Source: a virus
Lineage: Duplodnaviria > Caudoviricetes
Reading direction: 5' to 3' (one strand)
Virus record (IMG/VR): IMGVR_UViG_2799112742_000018
Span: 32,001-96,000 of that record
DNA: 64,000 bases
The position numbers and the translations under genes were made by a program. A model generated the notes under the pieces. The model did not search any database and was not told where the DNA came from. It saw only the letters and a program-made list of their open reading frames with translations. This document shows, in pieces, positions 59,733 to 64,000 of the stretch. Numbering within the stretch: the stretch's first letter is position 1; each line of letters starts with the position of its first letter.

Positions 59733-60329
59733 ATGAATGTTACCCCAATAAACAAGCGTAGCGGCTTCAAAATACTTATCGCCTTAGACAATTATAGCGG
59801 TGAGGATTTTAGGCTCTCATTCTATGCTGCTGGAACCGTACAGAAGCGTTTTATATGTTCCTATATTAACGGAGCCTACACTAATTGTCAACGCATAGAT
59901 GATTATCATGTTTTATGTTCTTTCCCACCAAACACATTCAATCTCGGAATACTGAAGTGTGAGGTATGCTATGGTTTCTATGACGAACTATCAGAGTCAA
60001 ATTACTTTAAGGTAATCTCAAATGAGATTGTAACCGCAAGGGTAAATGACGAAGACAGCCATATTGAAATTACCAATGATAAGACTGGGAAGATTGTCAC
60101 ACCAGAGTTTGCTATTTACCTATTGGGGCCTGTGCTTCAGCCTAAGAGTGTAAAAATCAAGCTCAACGGCGTTATTTATGAGGCGGTGGATGGAGTTATC
60201 GACTTAGGTACAATAGAGCCTTCTGCGTTGAATAATGAGGCAAAATCGCTACTTAGGGAGATCCTTCGGGCAGCAACCTACACATCAGAACAATACGACA
60301 ACATAGAATTACTTATAAATTCGCTCTAA
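59733..60329 (+). CDS. hypothetical late protein
   Basis: 198-aa ORF; late motif at 59698. Confidence 0.7.
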   Translation: MNVTPINKRSGFKILIALDNYSGEDFRLSFYAAGTVQKRFICSYINGAYTNCQRIDDYHVLCSFPPNTFNLGILKCEVCYGFYDELSESNYFKVISNEIVTARVNDEDSHIEITNDKTGKIVTPEFAIYLLGPVLQPKSVKIKLNGVIYEAVDGVIDLGTIEPSALNNEAKSLLREILRAATYTSEQYDNIELLINSL

Positions 60330-60333
60330 AAAC

Positions 60334-60365
60334 AAAATGGCAGATCATTACGGTCTGCCATTTTT
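60334..60365. terminator. bidirectional terminator
   Basis: AAAATGGCAGA/TCTGCCATTTT between convergent genes. Confidence 0.75.
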
Positions 60366-60366
60366 A

Positions 60367-60609
60367 TTATACTTTTACATACAGATTGCAACAGCATTTA
60401 TCTTCGTTCCTGTAACCTGAGCAGGGACATTCTTTTTCCTGACTGTTGTTAGAACATGGGCATTGACCTGAACATCTTATCAAGCCCTTAAAAATACCCT
60501 CTACTACTTTTGGATTAGGATTTACTTGCCAGCCTTCCTTTGCATCTTTCTGAGCAATGCTGGTGACTGTTTTGATAACGTCTTTTGTGATGTATTTTGA
60601 TACACTCAT
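60367..60609 (-). CDS. ferredoxin-thioredoxin reductase catalytic subunit-like protein
   Basis: NPNPKVVEGIFKGL...CPC...CPC...CCCNLY. Confidence 0.8.
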   Translation of the reverse strand: MSVSKYITKDVIKTVTSIAQKDAKEGWQVNPNPKVVEGIFKGLIRCSGQCPCSNNSQEKECPCSGYRNEDKCCCNLYVKV

Positions 60610-60645
60610 ATTTAGGAAATTTATAATTTTTCCTAATAATAGTCA

Positions 60646-61368
60646 TTACGCATATTTATTTTTGTAATTAGCAACATGAGCATTTATCTTTTTGTCCTCT
60701 ATTATGTCTCTAATTTTTGACATTAATCGCCTTACCTTATAATCGTCCTTCACATCAGCATTTTTTATTCTTAATGTGATAATGTGGTATTGCGATGTGA
60801 TAAAGTCTCTTTTCTTGTCTTTTTGTTTTTGTTCTTTAGAAAAATGATATTCGCCATCAACCTCGATTGCAATATTGTATTTGGGAATAAAAAGATCAAA
60901 GAAAAAGACATTACCGCCATTAACACCATATTTGAATATATGCTGTCTTTCAATATGATAACCAAACCCAAGATATTTCATTTTTTTAAGTAACATTAAT
61001 TCATACTTGGAAGCACATTCCTTAGCCTTTTCCTGATACTCCTTTTGCCAAGCTAATTTTTGCTCAAGCTCTTCCTCAGTAAATGCCCTTTTGATCTTCT
61101 TTTTAGACTTTTTATCATATTGGCGTTGGTATTCTTCAAGAGTTATATAATGTGTCTTTTTATTTAAGGGCATATCTTTTGTATTAGGTATAAGGCAAGC
61201 GTTAGTTACCCCTTCTCTTATCAAAGCAAATTGTTTGTCTTGGGTTAAACCTACCATCTTAACATTAATACCAATCTCACCTTCCTGAATTGTATGTCTA
61301 TTGATTACATAACATTCGGGATATTGCTTTAGAAAATCTAAAATTTGAGAATGTTCAATTTTTGCCAT
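60646..61368 (-). CDS. DUF559/Vsr-like endonuclease domain protein
   Basis: FFFDLF...IAIEVDGEYH...DKKRD...LRIKN. Confidence 0.8.
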   Translation of the reverse strand: MAKIEHSQILDFLKQYPECYVINRHTIQEGEIGINVKMVGLTQDKQFALIREGVTNACLIPNTKDMPLNKKTHYITLEEYQRQYDKKSKKKIKRAFTEEELEQKLAWQKEYQEKAKECASKYELMLLKKMKYLGFGYHIERQHIFKYGVNGGNVFFFDLFIPKYNIAIEVDGEYHFSKEQKQKDKKRDFITSQYHIITLRIKNADVKDDYKVRRLMSKIRDIIEDKKINAHVANYKNKYA

Positions 61369-61404
61369 AATGATTTATTTTTTGTTAAATTTTAATATTA
61401 TATA

Positions 61405-61830
61405 CAGACCGCCCTTTATCCTCCAGAAGGAAAAGAAATTCCTTCAAAAGAGAATATGAAAAAGGAATGTATAACCTTTTTCAGGCCCAAAACATCAAAT
61501 ATTTTATTCCTCCTACGTTGCTGGGGTTTACAAGTCCCTCTGGAGTTACCTGTTGTTAGCGGTGGAACAGAGCAGGATAGTAAGCAACGGATGTTTTTAG
61601 AGTCAAGGAGCTTTTTGTATCGGAGAGACTCCCACGGTAGCTACTGATGGAACCAATTTTTCAATAAGCCGTTCTTTTGAAGTGAACGTAAGGCTATGCC
61701 TTGTATAAGACTTGCACGTCCCTAACGTCTGGCTTGATACAGTTTTGCCAGGAACCACTGTCGATGTTTGGATTACCACACCTTACCAGGTTGCCATGTC
61801 CCTTACGGACTACTATCCTAATGGCATCGG
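61405..61830 (-). ncRNA. candidate large structured non-coding RNA
   Basis: GC-richer non-coding tract with many nested stems and a long-range 9-bp pairing, downstream of a promoter/attenuator. Confidence 0.4.
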
Positions 61831-61884
61831 ATATGCTCTTTTTCTGTAGAAGAAGGATTTGATTAGAACAATAAGACCTGTAGA

Positions 61885-62014
61885 TAAAAATAGGAACAAC
61901 CAAAAGCCTAAAGTAGCACGCAGCTTTCAGTTGTTCCCTGTATCTCGTAGAAAAAACGATTCAAATATGTTTTGCTTATCAATGTGCTACTAAATCTAAG
62001 CGATGACAAAGGTA
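61885..62014 (-). promoter_or_regulatory. promoter plus leader attenuator
   Basis: TACCTTTG at 62007-62014; terminator stem GGAACAAC/GTTGTTCC competes with AGTAGCAC/GTGCTACT. Confidence 0.6.
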
Positions 62015-62228
62015 CGTACTTTATTTTAAGCTACCAAATAAAATTTCAAAAATCTTTCATTTAGGGTGTTAATTTAACCTTTATTCACAATACAAATATT
62101 AAATATATAATAATGTACATACGTGAAACATCTCAGCATTGTAGAGATTAAAAAGTGTTGTAACTTGCACAGACAGAGGGGTAAAATAATACGTAAAGAA
62201 AATTTAACATAAAAAAATCTATTAAAAA

Positions 62229-62371
62229 TTTGCACAGATAAAAATTTCTTCTTACCTTTGCACTTGGTAAGAGGAAAAAGTTTCTATTCTAAGCTTTTAG
62301 TATTTGTGAAAATATGACAAAGCTCCAGGGATGTCCCCAACTAAGCGCATGTGTAACATCCCTGGTTTTTT
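62229..62371 (+). promoter_or_regulatory. host-type promoter with leader terminator
   Basis: TTTG at 62229, TACCTTTG at 62253, CCAGGGATGT/ACATCCCTGG stem plus T6. Confidence 0.65.
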
Positions 62372-62415
62372 AGAAGTCAAAGCGTTGAATTTTCTAATTC
62401 AATTTTATATATAGT

Positions 62416-62907
62416 ATGATTAAAGGTCAAGGGGCAATCAAAAAGGTAGATGGCACTCTTTATCAAGATGAGCTTCTGTCAGCCTTACACAAACTGCCTA
62501 ATAACCGAGACTATGAGTTTCTGATTGTGGACAAAGAGAAGAACAGAACGTTGCCAGCATCAACTTATCTATTTTCAGTAGTCCTACCTCAGATTTCGGA
62601 ACAGTTACCTGATCATCCTCCAAAAGAGGCTCTTTACCGCTATTTTGAGGACATCTTCGCACCTCTTTATAGTGTGACTATCAACGGAGAAGAGTACGAG
62701 TACTCTGATTTGAAACGCGAAAAAATAATGATTATCAACGAAGTTTGTGAGAAAATCGTTGATTACGCTGAGAAGAAATGGGGTATCAAAGTAATGTCTT
62801 TGGATGACCTCAGAGATTCAAAAAACTCTCAGTTGTATAGTGTGGCTTACAAACAGAACGATGTAAGCTGGGCAAAATTCCTCTCTCATCAAAAATCAAA
62901 CAGTTAA
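62416..62907 (+). CDS. NinB/Orf-like recombination accessory protein
   Basis: KNRTLPASTYLFSVVLPQI resembles the NinB RT..QN.YLW motif; next to an SSB-like gene. Confidence 0.55.
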   Translation: MIKGQGAIKKVDGTLYQDELLSALHKLPNNRDYEFLIVDKEKNRTLPASTYLFSVVLPQISEQLPDHPPKEALYRYFEDIFAPLYSVTINGEEYEYSDLKREKIMIINEVCEKIVDYAEKKWGIKVMSLDDLRDSKNSQLYSVAYKQNDVSWAKFLSHQKSNS

Positions 62908-62916
62908 TTTAACAAG

Positions 62917-64000
62917 ATGAGCGAAGAAGTTCAGAAAATGGGTTTGTTTAATCTTTTTCAGCAAACCGCACAGACCTTAGACCAGGCAGAGGCTAAGGCA
63001 AAATCAGAGAAAGGTTTTGAGAAAATTGATCGTTTCCGCACTCCTGAAGAGGGCGAGTACGTTGTCAGGGTATTGCCTCTCGCACCTACTGGTGTGGATG
63101 CTGAGGGTAAGCCAATCATGCCAATGGATCGAAATGGTTTCGAGTTCCAGTTGTACAGCACATTCCTTGACATCGACCAGCCTGCTGATAAGAAGGGTAA
63201 AGTCAAGACCTTACACATTCCAGTAATCAAGACAACCCAGAAGGGTGTAGATAAGTCTGTTGACCTCCTTGAGAAGTACCTGGAGATCGCTAAGGATATG
63301 TATGCCGATGACGATGAGGTTATCGAGCTTCTTACAGGTCAGAACAGCCGCCATCGTATCCGTTTCAGCAACCAGCGTGTAATGTACGTTCTTGACATGA
63401 CTGATGGCACACCTAAAGGCCCTATGTTCTGGCAAGTATCAACCAGCAGCTATAAGGACATCGACAACGAGCGCCGTTCAGTATGGACTAAGGAATCTGA
63501 GAAGGCCGCTAAGAAGGGGCTTCCAAAGCCAGAGTGTCCTCTTTGTGGACTGACACAGGCATGGCCTCTTACCATCACACGTACTGGTACTAAGTTCAAT
63601 GACACCAAGTATGCGTTCAAGATTGATCGTGGTGAGGAGCAGTTGCCTCTTACTGAGGAACAGCTTCAGAAGCTTTTCGATCTCCCACGTATCCCAGATG
63701 AGATCTATCACTATACTCGCTATCAGATGGAAGCTACCATCGAGTATCTGAAGCAGTATGATGAGAAGCATGACCTTGAGGTTTGCAAGGATCAGGAGTT
63801 CCTTGATGCAATCGAGCAGTTGAAGGGTGAGCTTTCTACTGATGATAACTCTCATTTCTCATTGTCAGGTGATAATGGCTCTGATAAGGGTAATTCACGT
63901 AAGATTACTCTTGAAAGTCTTAATGAGGCTTACGACTACATTGTTGATAAGGGACTCGGCAAGGACTCTGATGAGTATGAGGAGTTGCGTGAGGACATCC
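62917..64000 (+). CDS. putative single-stranded DNA-binding protein (gp32-like), truncated by the window edge
   Basis: Open frame MSEEVQKM...EGEYVVRVLP...ITRTGTKFNDTKY; strongly biased codons; not in the track. Confidence 0.6.
   Translation, partial: MSEEVQKMGLFNLFQQTAQTLDQAEAKAKSEKGFEKIDRFRTPEEGEYVVRVLPLAPTGVDAEGKPIMPMDRNGFEFQLYSTFLDIDQPADKKGKVKTLHIPVIKTTQKGVDKSVDLLEKYLEIAKDMYADDDEVIELLTGQNSRHRIRFSNQRVMYVLDMTDGTPKGPMFWQVSTSSYKDIDNERRSVWTKESEKAAKKGLPKPECPLCGLTQAWPLTITRTGTKFNDTKYAFKIDRGEEQLPLTEEQLQKLFDLPRIPDEIYHYTRYQMEATIEYLKQYDEKHDLEVCKDQEFLDAIEQLKGELSTDDNSHFSLSGDNGSDKGNSRKITLESLNEAYDYIVDKGLGKDSDEYEELREDI

Noticed and set aside
2786-60365. Shared TCAC/GTGA loop motif in several hairpins as a protein-binding site
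   Set aside because: Explained by ordinary GNRA-type loops capping intrinsic terminators
61456-61903. ORFs 61456-61647 (+) and 61694-61903 (-)
   Set aside because: Short, no recognisable motifs, and overlapping predicted RNA stems and a terminator

Overview
This 64-kb window is part of a large tailed bacteriophage or prophage with a contractile tail. The host is probably Bacteroidales/Prevotella-like, based on TAnnTTTG promoters, A-rich start contexts and DUF4494/DUF2586/DUF6046/DUF6808-like genes. From left to right it contains: (1) a leftward block of small, early-type hypothetical genes (1-7.3 kb); (2) a ~1.9-kb non-coding region with repeats and a sharp strand-composition switch, a candidate genome end or origin; (3) a tRNA-like RNA; (4) middle/regulatory genes (RNase H-like, HTH, tyrosine recombinase, dUTPase, DUF4494); (5) a Mu-like head module and a contractile tail/baseplate module (20.3-40.7 kb and 50-59 kb), interrupted by an accessory block; (6) an FTR-like redox gene, a DUF559 nuclease and the start of a recombination/replication operon. 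No terminase, endolysin, polymerase, reverse transcriptase or CRISPR array was seen. The best leads are: a probable -1 frameshift fusing portal to the MuF-like protein (two canonical slippery heptamers); a self-contained module at 41.0-44.4 kb whose three promoters share TTAGGGC-N17-TAnnTTTG and drive a Cys-Cys-Cys coiled-coil protein and a ~230-nt structured RNA; a ~450-nt structured non-coding region under an attenuator, upstream of a DUF559 nuclease; a tRNA mimic lacking an anticodon arm; a recurrent CTATTATT late-promoter motif; and two tail-sheath paralogues. All family names come from motif recognition by eye, not from database searches.
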